Assembly: GCA_964016885.1 (NCBI GenBank)
Contig: OZ024741.1
Coordinates: 80,166,001 to 80,230,000 of the forward strand
DNA from: Eledone cirrhosa
Lineage: Eukaryota
DNA length: 64,000 bases
Reading direction: 5' to 3'
Under the pieces are notes generated by a model, which did no database searches, was not told where the DNA came from, and saw only the letters and a list, made by a program, of their open reading frames with translations. Positions 13,306 to 27,125 of the stretch are shown here, piece by piece. Within the stretch, counting starts at the first letter, position 1. Each line of letters opens with the position of its first letter. The position numbers and the translations under genes are program-made.

Positions 13306-13752
13306 TCAAGGTGGTTGAGTCATCGTAGGAATGTCAATCCAGTTACAGATCAGATCTGATTTCAGGTGAGGACAACATCTGAAGATCTCGGTCTTCGAGT
13401 TCAAGCAAGTTGAAGTGGCTTTCAAATTTTGTAGAATCCTAAATTTTTCAGTGGTACACAAAGAACAATTCTTTGTGCCCCTTTGGTATTCCCTCAAATG
13501 GTCTCAAATAGACCAATCGATAGAGTACGGGATGTTTTTATCTTTGAATTCCCACACCTTATTTGCGAGAGCCGTTGCTGTTCTTTTATCGGAGTGTTTA
13601 AATTTAGGATTTTATCAGAGTGAAAAATTGAGGATTCTACAAAACTTGAAAGCCACTTCAACTTGCCTGAACTCCAAGACCGAGATCTTCAGATGTTGTC
13701 CTCACCTGAAATCACATCTGATCTGTAACTGGATTGACATTCCTACGATGAC
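13306..13752 (-). mobile_element. Naiad-like PLE GIY-YIG C-terminal fragment with an inverted duplicate
   Basis: Minus strand encodes CSLCTTEKFRIL...LNSKTEIFRCCPH. The same segment is repeated on the plus strand at about 13615-13752. Confidence 0.7.
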
Positions 13753-13759
13753 GCATTGG

Positions 13760-13917
13760 CACATATTGAGTAGGGGACCCATGGGAGCAGGAACACCCTT
13801 TTGGAAAAAGCCGATGATTTTGTAAAAGTATAGTTTTCGAAGCAGCACAGAAGTATTGACATAAATGGTATACATAACTGCTATTTAATACCTGAGCAAC
13901 GCCGGGTACCTCTGCTA

Positions 13918-13918
<1 letters not shown>
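13760..13918 (+). mobile_element. Helitron-like 3' terminus
   Basis: Subterminal hairpin ACCTGAGCAACGCCGGGT followed by CTAG|T, directly before (AAT)n. Confidence 0.5.
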
Positions 13919-14009
<91 letters not shown>

Positions 14010-14163
14010 AAGAAGAAGAAGAAGAAGAAGAAGAAGAATATATCTTTAAGAGACAACTTTGTGTAGCAGTGATCAACTCTTCACAAGAATATCAATGTGG
14101 ATCGATCAACCAAACAAGTTATATATATATGTGTCTATCCAATGATCTCTCTCTCGCTCCCTC

Positions 14164-14230
<67 letters not shown>

Positions 14231-14334
14231 TTCTCTCTCACTCTCTCTTCTCTATATTTGTCTCCTTATCACTGCATGCATACACCTATGTAACAAGACA
14301 AATGTGCTATCTATAAGATAGCGAGTTCCTACTA

Positions 14335-14396
<62 letters not shown>

Positions 14397-15057
14397 GTAC
14401 ATACTTATACATACATACATACATACATACATACATACATACATACATACATACATACATACATACATACATACATACATACATGCGCAGATACACACAT
14501 CATGACTATTGAACATTTTTAATAAAAATTCATAATGCTGTCCTGAGGTGAGGAAATGTAAATAGAATAAAATCTATAATCTGACAAATAAGGAAAGAGC
14601 GTGTATTCATGAAGTTAATCAGATTTGTGTTCGAGTTTCCCCTCAGGACAATTGTTAATTCTAACCTCTATGTACTGACGTAATGGTCTACTAGACATTC
14701 ACCAAAATGATAGGAGAATATGTTTACTCTTCGCCGTTTTATATTACTGATGTATGTTAGAGGCAGAATAACTGTAAAAGAGAAAGGTGGGAGGCAGGAA
14801 CAATATTTCAGTGAATCAACAACTACTTCGTGATTACATGAATTTCTATTTCATGCCCGTGCCTTGGGGTGTCCGATTGGTTGAACTTTATTGTCGTTGT
14901 TATTTTTAATTTTTATAAAATGTTGGTTTTTGTATAGAAGCAATGGGAAATCATTGGTTGTCGGAAGTCAGAGTACGATGAACACATTCATCCATCCATC
15001 CATCCATATATCCATACACTCATACACACAACCCCCCCCCCCCCTCGACACACACAC

Positions 15058-15114
<57 letters not shown>

Positions 15115-15364
15115 CAACAGTGGCATATACAGGTACTTAAGTTTCGTTGGGTTATACAGCCTGTTATATACAAAGAAAATAGTTCTTTCCACAGGTTCAT
15201 TTAAGTTTTTTTTAAATACGTGAGAGTTCTACAGGGGCAGGTTATTTCGAATTTAGCTATAAATAAACAAAACTTTTAGTTAGTGTAAAGGGAGGTAACG
15301 TTTTAAAAAAACACAAAAGTGGGGAACTTGTGTAAAGTTAGTAATTAAAAAAAATTAAAATTAG

Positions 15365-16010
15365 TTAGTCTGGTCTATACCATTTTCTTAAAATGAATTT
15401 CGCTCCATGTGGACAGCGACTAAAGCAGTCAAGACGAGTATTTAAGCAATCTTTCTCTGAAGCTAGTTGTGAGCGTATATTCAACTTTTCCGAGTTACAT
15501 AGCTGACAAAATTTCGTCCTATTAACATACCGGTGGATTTTTTTAATATACTCCATTTAATGGAAAATGCTGTGTCATTATTTTTGAGGTTCCACACTTG
15601 GTTAGTGGCAGGTGTCTGAAGGTTGTTTCGTGGTTCGCGTACAGGATTTTGAACCGTCTCTCGGACATCCGACATAAGTCCAGGTTTCAGTTTGCTACTT
15701 CTGGTTGGTGGAGGTCACTTCTGCTTACTATATCACCGCTATAGTGTTGCACTGTTGATCTAGTGGTCTTTGGCCTTCTGCATTAACATCCGTAAGGTGG
15801 AGGGCTTTTGAGCTTGCCGGTGATACGAGTTTTAATGTTATTGGTACAAGAGTAGCCTATTTTCACTGTATGGTGATTGAATATCTATCGGTATTTATGG
15901 TCTACAGGGAAGTGAAGATCTAAGAGGGATAGAATGTTCTACCTACATTGGTCTTCACATTAAGTGCAAATGGTGGTACAGACCACATGATCTTTCTGTC
16001 TAGGTTTTTT
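15365..16010 (-). pseudogene. Degenerate Naiad-like PLE thumb/GIY-YIG fragment
   Basis: Remnants IMWSVPPFALNVKTNVG, IFNHHTVKIGYSCT and FCQLCNSEKL...CPH match motifs of ORF 34911-36731. Confidence 0.7.
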
Positions 16011-16652
16011 CGAACATGGTCCGATTCCATTGTAAATTTCAACACAGATGCAGATTTACACTTTTGTTTTTCTGTTGTTATTGTGTTGCTCTTTGGTCCG
16101 AGGTGTAGATGATGGGCAAACCTGATTGAATTAAATTACTTTAAAAGACAATGTTTAATGTTATAATCTCCTTTAATGTTTTCACTAAAAACAGTTATTT
16201 TCTGAATCAGCATGCAAGGCTAAAATTGTCTAGAAATTTACAATAAAATAGGACCAAGTTCGTCAAACGGAAAGGATCCAGTGTTATATATACGCACAAA
16301 TAGTATGAGATGGAAAACATCGATTAACTTGGATTATTCCTGCAGTCAAGTGTTTAAATTATTTTTTTAATACAAGGGACATAGCTGTAACAAACTCAAC
16401 AAAGTGAAATATTTGGAAAATATATATAATGCAAACAAAAGGGAATATTGACTGGTGAAACAACTTACATGTTTCAGTCATATTAACATTTAAGCTTAGG
16501 ATAATTATTAGAGTACCAATGCAGCGAGAGCTCCACAGAAAAGAAATATACGGAGTATAGTATTTAGTCTCTCTGCAAAAAAGCCCGCCAAATTCAACGC
16601 TACGGTTACACAAATGTGTTGGACAAACGAGTCATCGCCATATATGTATACG

Positions 16653-17147
<495 letters not shown>

Positions 17148-17342
17148 CGTTTCTGAATTTGTTTAGCAACATTCTTTATCTGAAATCGTGTGTTGAAACC
17201 GATATTGTTATACTTTGGGAGGGTCATGTTGCCAATAAGAAACACACGCACCAGTTGCATTCACTTCAATTTATTATTATAATAAATTTATAAATTTCTG
17301 GTTGGTTGATTGGTTCCACAACCAGATAGTTGTTTATATATT

Positions 17343-17385
17343 GTCATAGTTCTTTCGTCACACACTCTGTGACCTCTTCAGTGAC
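17343..17385 (-). ncRNA. Minimal type I hammerhead ribozyme in 3' pseudo-LTR
   Basis: gtca CTGAAGA g gtcaca-gagtg-tgtgac GAAA gaac TA tgac. Stems I and II pair and the core is canonical. Confidence 0.8.
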
Positions 17386-17586
17386 TGGGGATTCCTTTCT
17401 TTGTTTCTGTGCCTCTCCTTTGTTCTGTCCTACGCCATTTTGTTTCTGTGTGTGTGTTGTGTGCTCAGTCTGCGCATGCGCCACATCCGGGTGTCTGTGT
17501 GTGTTTATATTTGTTTATTTATTTGTTTATTTACATGTTACTGGTTGGTTGTTTGTTCTATGTGTGTGTGTGTTTTCATTTTGTCC

Positions 17587-18249
17587 TTAATTGTAAGTTG
17601 TGATGTTGCTGTTCCACTCATATTTTCTATTTAATTTTGGTTGTAATTCTTTTATGTTTATTACCTCTGTGATTTGTCTAAACATTGCGTCTTTTCTGTG
17701 TGTAGATTCTATTTTTATTTCTATGTTCTCTAATTTACTCTTGTGTTCTATTTTAGCATGTTGGTAGAGTACAGATGATTCTTTACTATCTTGAAGGTCT
17801 CGCCAGTGTTCATTTATCCGTTCCCCTACACTACGAGCTGTCTCACCTATGTACACTATATTTTTGTCTCTACATTGTCCTTCAGTACATCTTATGCTAT
17901 ACACTACATTTCTAGTTTTACAGTTAATATGGGGGCTTATTTTACAGGTTATACATTTCTTATCTATACATGAGGGTCTTTGAAAAGGGTATGTCTTGCT
18001 AATAAGTGTTTTTATGGAGGTACCTGGTCTTTCTACTATCTTAATATTGAGTTTATGTTTATTTAGCGCCCTTCTAAATTTGTAAGCTAATTCACCTCTA
18101 GGGGTTGTATCGATGAACATTACACTCTGGTATTTATTGCTATCATACCATGAGTTTATTCTATTAGCCTTGTTCCTAGTTCTTTCTATTCTATTCCAAA
18201 ATTTGCTCCTATACAAGGGGCAGGTCCCATTTATGTCATTATTTACCAT
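17587..18249 (-). pseudogene. GIY-YIG endonuclease portion of the PLE ORF
   Basis: CIDKKCITC linker and NVVYSIRC...IVYIGETARSVGERINEH; separated from the RT by an in-frame TAG. Confidence 0.85.
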
Positions 18250-18255
18250 TTTTTC

Positions 18256-19745
18256 CTATTTGGTTCTGGCTCCTCTATACACTCTGATTTTATCTCTCTG
18301 ATTGTAGCCAGAGAACTGCATACGGTGGATGAAGTGTTGTATGTGTCTCTCTAGTTCTTCGGGGTTGCACATGCGGGACACATTTCTCATCACCCGTACC
18401 AAGTCCGCAATCAGTATGTTGATTTTGGTATGGTCCGAAACGGCCGAGTTTCGGTGGATCAGATGTTTGGAAGTCATGGGTTTGGCATAATGGGAATGGA
18501 GGAATTGTTTTTTTGTTATTAATGGTATCTAACCAGAGCTCTGTGTCTAGTACAGGTAATCGATGGTTGGGGTGTTTACTTGAGTAGTCTATAGTAACTC
18601 TAATGCTCTGGTGGATGGAGTTAGCTATTTGCTGGATGCTTTCCATTGTGTTTTTCTCTAGTTCCTGACTGTTCTCTAGTGGGGGTGTCTTAACTACGAT
18701 GTTTATATCATCAACGTAGCGGGAGTACATTATCAGGGTTAAGGGGGTCTTCTTATTGTTCTTTAAGCTTAAGTTTAAGTCTACTGTCCCACCATACCAT
18801 GAATAAGTTAGCTATGTCGCCTGCAATGCTAACACCAATGGCTGCTCCTTCCTCTTGGGCATATGTTTTTCCATTAAATTTGAACATATGTTCCTTAGGG
18901 GTTAGTTTTATGCTGGCCCCTACCACATGTGCAATCATTTTCTTCAGTTCATCGTGGTTTTCGGGTGTCCATATGGCTCTGGTCCACCCGTTCCATCTAT
19001 CTGTGTGGGTTTTCTTGGCCATTGAGGTAATGGTAGGTGGTCTTCCTCTTGCTGGTCTTGTAGGGCACAGGTTACTAAGGTCATATGTGTCTAGGTAATT
19101 ATTACTATAGGTAAGTTTAAGTAGGAGTCCCAGCTCACTGGTATCAATCCCACGGAACTCAACATTGCTCTCACTGATCATTTCTACGCATTTCTCCATA
19201 GCAAAATCCACGTCAATAGATGGATACAGGGACACAACATCAATACTACCTATTATGCAGTTTGTTAGGTCCCTAGATCGGTTACTCACGCCGATTCTGC
19301 TGAGGAGGTCCTCCGTGCTGTCACATACATCTGGGGACATTTCGATGATGGGGCGTATGATCAGGGAGACGAAGTAGGACAGTCTGTAGTTACTAGCAAT
19401 GTTAGCTCCACAGACTGGCCGTGTTGGTGGTCCCGCGACAGGGTCACAGCCCGTTTTATGGTCTTTTCGAAGCCCATACAACGCCGGAACGTCATTGTTC
19501 CAGGCCTGGAAGTTGTTGGCAGTCCTTTTGTTGGGCTGCATTATATTCGTCCACATCACCATATGGGCATTGAGGGCTTTTTCTCTATCCTCATGCTCCT
19601 GTGGTGTTACCTCTCTTGTGTTAGTGATGTGGGGTTGCATTGCCTGGATGTAGTTTGGCAGGCTGTCAACCGACATTCTACCAGACTTGTCTGTTGGAAA
19701 GCATGCTATCTCTCCATTACGCGAGCGCTGCATGAGCTTACGCAA
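18256..19745 (-). pseudogene. Reverse transcriptase portion of the PLE ORF (disrupted)
   Basis: PTDKSG, LYGLRKDHK, TRPVCGA, SIDVVSLYPSI and RYVDD motifs are split across several frames. Confidence 0.85.
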
Positions 19746-21389
19746 GCCATTTGCAGATTTTTTTTCCCAGTTGCTGGGCCTCCATTCTATTATGCTTCTT
19801 GCTATACTGTTCTATAATATTTCTAAGTTCGGATCTAGCTATACTAAATTGTGCTTCTGTTTGTTCATCGACCTGCGACGGCAATTGCGTGCGTTTGTTA
19901 AATGGTAAAGTCGTGGCGTGGACTCGTCGCAGGTCGAACGATTTATCGGAGGGATTATAAAAACTAGAGTTCCAGGCTGCTGCTTTATGTGTACTAGTGC
20001 TATTGTTATTGTTAGTTGTTTCTATTTCTATTTCTATTTCCACCAACAGCCTCATGGTTGTTTCTATGTCTCTCATAATTACTCCTGTTGTTATCTACCC
20101 TATTTTGTGTGTCTGTGTGTTCGTCTTGGTTATTTTCTTTGTCCTTAGTCTCCCTTCTCCTTTTAATCCTATTACTTTCCCTTATTTCTGTGATTTCTGT
20201 GTTACTGTCATTACTTGTTCTCTGTGTCTGTGTGTTTGTTAAGATTGTGGTGGTGGTGAGAGGCATTGAATGTGTGTGTGTTGTTGTTGTTGATGTGTGC
20301 TGTTGTTGTTGTCTCCGTGTGTGTTATTATTGTTGTGTGTGTTGTTATTGTTGTTTGTGTCTGCGTGTCTGTTGTTGTTTCTGGGTATGTTATTATTGTT
20401 GTTGTTGGTGGTGGTGTGTGTGTTGTTGTTATTGTTGTTTGTGGCTGTGTTTCTGTTGTTGTTGGGATGTGTGTTGTATATGTGTGTGCGTATATTGTTG
20501 CTTTTGTTTTTGTTTTTGTTTTTGAGGCTCCAGCGTAGTTTTGTAAATGATTTTTCTATTTCTGACAGACAACTAATCATATTTACCTTCTTGAATGTCG
20601 CATACTTAGGTGGAAGTTGTAATGCAGATAATTCATCGTTATCTATTATTGTGTTGCCGTATATATTTGTGTTGTTGTTGTTGAACTCATCTGTTAATGA
20701 GGTGTCGGCCATATTTATACCGTCAATTTTGTCGGGATATCTATTGGTATTCTCTATAGCATCCTGATTTAGCTTTATCTGCTTAAGCCACTTTAGTTTC
20801 TTGTTAAAGTGCTTATCACATTCTTGAGTAATGTACTGTTCTTCAGGACGTATAAGGCTTATAAATATTAGTTTCTCTCTCGGTGTGGTGATCCTAGCTA
20901 TTTCTTGTATTAGGTTACGCTTATGTTTTTCTTGATGACTTAATTCTCTATAGATCTTCTTTTTTATGTTTAGAATTAGTGTTCGTTTTAGCCTATCTGC
21001 TTGTTTTTCCGTGAGTTGTAATCTTCTTACGTCGGTGTTGATGGTGTTGGTGTAAACTCGGGACGAGGCACATTCTTTTATGAAGTGTAGTTGTCGAGAT
21101 GTTATGGTTTTTCGTAGACAACAGAACATGGTGGTTTTCAGTATCTTGTTAGCCTGGCTAAGGCTTACGATATTTCGTTTCTGAATTTGTTTAGCAAGAT
21201 TCTTTATCTGAAATCGTGTGTTGAAACCGATATTGTTATACTTTGGGAGGGTCATGTTGCCAATAAGAAACACACGCACCAGTTGCTTTCACTTCAATTT
21301 ATTATTATAATAAATTTATAATAAATTTATAAATTTATAAATTTCTGGTTGGTTGATTGGTTCCACAACCAGATAGTTGTTTATATATT

Positions 21390-21432
21390 GTCATAGTTCT
21401 TTCGTCACACACTCTGTGACCTCTTCAGTGAC
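21390..21432 (-). ncRNA. Minimal type I hammerhead ribozyme in 5' pseudo-LTR
   Basis: Identical to the 17343-17385 motif. Confidence 0.8.
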
Positions 21433-22414
21433 TGGGGATTCCTTTCTTTGTTTCTGTGCCTCTCCTTTGTTCTGTCCTACGCCATTTTGTTTCTGTGTGT
21501 ATGTTGTGTGCTCAGTCTGCGCATGCGCCACATCCGGGTGTCTGTGTGTGTTTATGTTCATTTATTTATTTGTTTATTTATATGTTACTGGTTGGTTGTT
21601 TGTTCTATGTGTGTGTATGTTTTCATTTTGTCCTTAATTGTAAGTTGTGATGTTGCTGTTCCACTCATATTTTCTATTTAATTTTGGTTGTAATTCTTTT
21701 ATGTTTATTACCTCTGTGATTTGTCTAAACATTGCGTCTTTTCTGTGTGTAGATTCTATTTTTATTTCTATGTTCTCTAATTTACTCTTGTGTTCTATTT
21801 TAGCATGTTGGTAGAGTACAGATGATTCTTTACTATCTTGAAGGTCTCGCCAGTGTTCATTTATCCGTTCCCCTACACTACGAGCTGTCTCACCTATGTA
21901 CACTATATTTTTGTCTCTACATTGTCCTTCAGTACATTTTATGCTATACACTACATTTCTAGTTTTACAGTTAATATGGGGGCTTATTTTACAGGTTATA
22001 CATTTCTTATCTATACATGAGGGTCTTTGAAAAGGGTATGTCTTGCTAATAAGTGTTTTTACGGAGGTGCCTGGTCTTTCTACTATCTTAATATTGAGTT
22101 TATGTTTATTTAGGGCCCTTCTAAATTTGTAAGCTAATTCACTTCTAGGGGTTGTATCGATGAACATTACACTCTGGTATTTATTGCTATCATACCATGA
22201 GTTTATTCTATTAGCCTTGTTCCTAGTTCTTTCTATTCTATTCCAAAATTTGCTCCTATACAAGGGGCAGGTCCCATTTATGTCATTATTTACCATTTTT
22301 TCCTATTTGGTTTTGGCTCCTCTATACACTCTGATTTTATCTCTCTGATTGTAGCCAGAGAACTGCATACGGTGGATGAAGTGTTGTATGTGTCTCTCTA
22401 GTTCTTCGGGGTTG

Positions 22415-22445
<31 letters not shown>

Positions 22446-22711
22446 ACGGAAAAAATGAAACGATATTTCATTTCCCACTCTTAGTACGGCTGTTACTTAA
22501 ATATAAGTATGTACACGTACATACATATATGTATACCGACGTACAGTAGTATGTATATATATATATACATACATGCACACATATATATATGCACGTATGG
22601 ATTCACCGAACATTTATTATAATGCTCGGTGTGTTTGTAAACAAACATCCCGTATTAAGCCGTAGTGTCTAGCAACCACCGTTGCTCGTTTGTTCAACAC
22701 TGACAAAGGAA

Positions 22712-22752
22712 CGCTGTACTAGTTTCAAGCTTGTTAGCTATCGTCAGCAACG
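22712..22752 (-). ncRNA. Minimal type I hammerhead ribozyme (422-bp unit, inverted copy)
   Basis: Reverse complement of 22936-22976. Confidence 0.85.
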
Positions 22753-22935
22753 TATACCTTCCTGCCAGATTGTTGAACGTATATACTTACCTTATGCATA
22801 TTAACGGCTGAGTAGCCCAATATGCATATCGAGTGGGTTAATCGGCCGGGTGCACTCGATATGCATATTGGGCTACTCAGCCGTTAATATGCATAAGGTA
22901 AGTATATACGTTCAACAATCTGGCAGGAAGGTATA

Positions 22936-22976
22936 CGTTGCTGACGATAGCTAACAAGCTTGAAACTAGTACAGCG
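22936..22976 (+). ncRNA. Minimal type I hammerhead ribozyme (422-bp unit, copy 1)
   Basis: cgttg CTGACGA t agct-aaca-agct t GAAA ctag TA cagcg. Stem I cgttg/cagcg, stem III the palindrome ACTAGT, GUA site after 22971. Confidence 0.85.
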
Positions 22977-23357
22977 TTCCTTTGTCAGTGTTGAACAAAC
23001 GAGCAACGGTGGTTGCTAGACACTACGGCTTAATACGGGATGTTTGTTTACAAACACACCGAGCATTATAATAAATGTTCGGTGAATCCATACGTGCATA
23101 TATATATGTGTGCATGTATGTATATATATATATACATACTACTGTACGTCGGTATACATATATGTATGTACGTGTACATACTTATATTTAAGTAACAGCC
23201 GTACTAAGAGTGGGAAATGAAATATCGTTTCATTTTTTCCGTTTATCGTTTTCGGTGCACCCGGCCGATTAACCCATTCGATATGCATATTGGGCTACTC
23301 AGCCGTTAATATGCATAAGGTAAGTATATACGTTCAACAATCTGGCAGGAAGGTATA

Positions 23358-23398
23358 CGTTGCTGACGATAGCTAACAAGCTTGAAACTAGTACAGCG
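23358..23398 (+). ncRNA. Minimal type I hammerhead ribozyme (422-bp unit, copy 2)
   Basis: Identical motif; GUA site after 23393. Confidence 0.85.
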
Positions 23399-23839
23399 TT
23401 CCTTTGTCAGTGTTGAACAAACGAGCAACGGTGGTTGCTAGACACTACGGCTTAATACGGGATGTTTGTTTACAAACACACCGAGCATTATAATAAATGT
23501 TCGGTGAATCCATACGTGCATATATATATGTGTGCATGTATGTATATATATATATACATACTACTGTACGTCGGTATACATATATGTATGTACGTGTACA
23601 TACTTATATATATATATATATATATATTTAATACATTAACAGAGAAAGCTTTAAGCAATACTCCGACCGGCTTCCGTCTTACTCAACAAACATTAAGATA
23701 TACCTTAGTATAATCCCAATTATACGTTTGGGGTGCTAACTATACGTATTTTGCGGATAGCCAGTTGTATTATTAGTGGTAGAACACTGGGAGGTAATAT
23801 CCGTAGTGGTAGAGCACTCAGTCCATGGGACGAGTTAGG

Positions 23840-24117
<278 letters not shown>

Positions 24118-24665
24118 GTGCGTGTATATATATATATATATATATTTATATGAGTGTCTTGGAGCAAATGTAAACGGACCAGCCAGGCTAGAATTAAATA
24201 CTGGCCTTTTGATACTTACAAGGAGCTGACACGGACGCAATGACCTTTCAGTCAATTCTTTCATCGAGAGTGATTATTTGTCACTAAACTATGAAGTGTC
24301 TCTCGTGAAAGGTCAATGTGTGCTGACCTTCAGCTGAACTTCGGTTAATTAACATTGCCTAAATTCAAACACTGACTCTCAGTTATTTTATATTTTAGGA
24401 TTTCAGTTGTTGACTTGTCTGTGACCTTGCTGGGGCATCACGTTTGTTTGGCTATCTTTTTTATTTTTTTTTATTTATTTATTTTATTTTGCAGCGACCT
24501 GATCACTGGATTAACTGATAATATTAAAATGATGTCCCTTGTCAGTGGTTTTTAAATTTTATACGTCATACCAAACATTTGTTAGTCTTCTAATTACAAC
24601 AGTAATCTCAGTCGAATGACATTTTTCAGCTCATTAATATATGTGAAACTTTATTGTACATGTGA

Positions 24666-24717
<52 letters not shown>

Positions 24718-24722
<5 letters not shown>

Positions 24723-25046
24723 AATTTGAGTTTTTCGAATATTAATAATAACATTCGATTCGTTTGCAATTATACAAACAAGCCTCATTTTTATAGCCCT
24801 GTCAGTAGAATGAACCCTTCATTCTTGCTCTTTTGTTGGCATGTAAACTAGCTCTGGCAGTTGGCAGGTGAACAGTGAGCTGCACTGATGAAGGGTGATA
24901 CCAAGAAACATTAGTGTCTGCAGTTCTGTTCACATGCCAACAAAAGAGTAAGAATGAAGGGTTAATTCTACTGACATGGCTTACTATTAATATTCGAAAA
25001 CCTCAGATTACATTTATTGTATTCAGACATGTAGAGCGAAAATGTT

Positions 25047-25050
<4 letters not shown>
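24718..25050. mobile_element. Short fold-back PLE-derived element between two (TA)n tracts
   Basis: About 24719-24860 is the diverged reverse complement (with an indel) of about 24918-25013. Confidence 0.75.
24861..24940 (+). ncRNA. Type I hammerhead ribozyme with extended stem I
   Basis: ttggcaggtgaacagtgagctgca CTGATGA ag ggt-gat-acc aa GAAA cattagtg TC tgcagttctgttcacatgccaa; GUC site after 24918. Confidence 0.8.
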
Positions 25051-25109
<59 letters not shown>

Positions 25110-25699
25110 GCAAGCAGAACGCTCCCCTGCTGGAGTATTTTCCCACAGCTCTTTGGGTTGTGTGTATGCCTGTCGATCTGTACCTGTATGTATGTATATG
25201 ACTGGTCATATTTTTACTTCACTGAGGCATTGCTTCGTTATCTCTATTCTACAAATATTTCTGCCACATTTTCTTCGTGTATTCATCCATCTAAAATTAC
25301 TAATTGAGCTTCACTCTTTCACAGTGGTTGTCACATCTTCTAGGGAGAATTTCTTTTCCCGAATTCTCTCTCCTTGAACATCTGTCCTATGGAATTCTCT
25401 TACTCTTTTTCTCTCTAATGGGTATAATCTTAATTCCTTTAAATCTTGGGAGGGGGGTCAGTTTTATTTTCTATGTATTTCTTTTGTAATTTCTAACAAA
25501 TTAAGTAGTTTCCTGGAGTATATGTATTGCAGGCTACACACCGCTTCGTTTGGAGTCATTTCCAACACATACACACACACTATCCAAATTCCTTCATATG
25601 ATCCTTCTATCCATAGTCACCACTCATCCCTGTCAGTTATGCGATACACCTCATTTAACACTTTGGTGTGCCAGATGTGGAAATGTTTCTAAGGCACAG

Positions 25700-26090
25700 A
25701 TGGAAAGCCTTCTCTTTATTCATGTTTTCTTTTACTACTAGCCAGCAATCTGAGCCTTACATTAGACCAGATTCAATATTGCTTTTGTAGGTTTCAATTT
25801 TATTACTAAGACTGTATTTTGTAGTCGACAAGATCGATTGAAGACTTACGAATGCTCCACGAGATTTAATAAGCCTCGCTTGAATTTCGCCTTTTGCCTC
25901 TACTGACTTTACTGATAAGGCTTTCTAGATATGCAAAGTACTCCACGTAGTCTAGTGTCTGATCGTTGGCGGTGATAGTTGCAAGTCTGTTGGATTTTAT
26001 ACACATGACTTGTGCTTTTGAAAATTCAAAGAAATCGTTGAAATTCGGCCATCAGTGCATTAAAAGTTGTCTACAATATAATAATATTCA
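25700..26090 (-). pseudogene. Old LINE (RTE-like) RT/thumb remnant
   Basis: Minus strand gives ITANDQTLDYVEYFAYL and EIQARLIKSRGAF-like remnants of the (F)xYLG region. Confidence 0.45.
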
Positions 26091-27125
26091 TTTGTATGAT
26101 AAGATTTTATAATTGGACATTTGTGAAATTCCAGAATTGGTAAAGCAATTTTATGTTAACATATTTTGTAATATAAATTGATTGTAAATATAAATTGATT
26201 TTAAAAAGTGGCAAACAAGAATAAATTATTATATATCCAGTATACTTGGAAAAGTTTGGAACAGACTTTTTGGAATTTTTTGTTTATATTGAAACATAAT
26301 ATTAATTTTATTTCAAATTGCCAAAAAATATATCGTATTTAGCTTTAATTTTAGTGTATAGCTAAAAAAAATTGTGCTTAGCAAAACACAAATATTGGAG
26401 CGTAAATCAAACTAAATATTCTATTTTTTTAATCATATATAACTTTAAGTTTATTGGAAAACTAAAAATATTTTCTTTGGCAGCAGCAAACGCAGACGCG
26501 CACACATGCAAACACACACACACACACACACGTGTGTTGTGTGTGTGTGTGTTGTGATTTTGTAATTGCAAATGAATTTTTTTTATCGTATTCGGCTTTC
26601 ATTTTATAGTAAATAAAATATATTTATGTTAAAATTTGATTTGTTCATCCTTATAGTAGAGAAGTAAGAGATATTTGTTACAGCTGTCGTCACGACAAAA
26701 CAACTATATAATTATTCAGGTGTATCTCTTGAGGCGATCAAAGACACACACGTGATATCCGTATTTTTTCCAGGCACCAGGCCTACTAATGAATGAATCC
26801 GGTGACAACCGTTGCTGTACTTTTTAAACCATGAAATAAATTCAAATAGTTTGAAAACCTCGTTTTTGAAAATGTTGAATCTCGGTAGTTTCACTCATAG
26901 CAGATGAGCAAGAAGTATTTGTTATAGGAGTCATCATGGCAAACAGCAAAATCGTAGTGTTTTTATGACTTAATAAAAGGGAATTCTTAGAATTTAGATT
27001 ATTCATTAAAATTGGACTGTCCATCTGTGGGTATCGATATTTCTGTCTTTGAAATTCATTGGTACAAATCCAGAACAGTCTAAGGTGGGAATAAAGATCC
27101 TTATAAATAATTATTTCTAGTATAG

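Larger units (their letters stand above)
17144..22418 (-). mobile_element. Penelope-like element (Nematis/Neptune-type) in partial-tandem arrangement with direct pseudo-LTRs
   Basis: Fragmented ORF 21279 to 17587: RT (IGSIDVVSLYPSI, AQEEGAAIG, RYVDD, LPVLD), C-x4-C-x2-C linker and GIY-YIG (VYSIRC...YIGETARS...R..EH). 17144-18371 is repeated at 21172-22418. (TA)n flanks both ends. Confidence 0.9.
22442..23607. mobile_element. Non-coding 422-bp HHR-containing repeat (retrozyme-like): one inverted copy plus about 1.8 direct copies
   Basis: 22442-22856 is the reverse complement of the unit. Direct copies run 22854-23607 with a 422-bp period. There is no long ORF, and both ends lie in (TA)n. Confidence 0.85.

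Noticed and set aside
24214-24335. Minus-strand GTAAGT donor and candidate exon
   Set aside because: No stop-free frame from a good acceptor.
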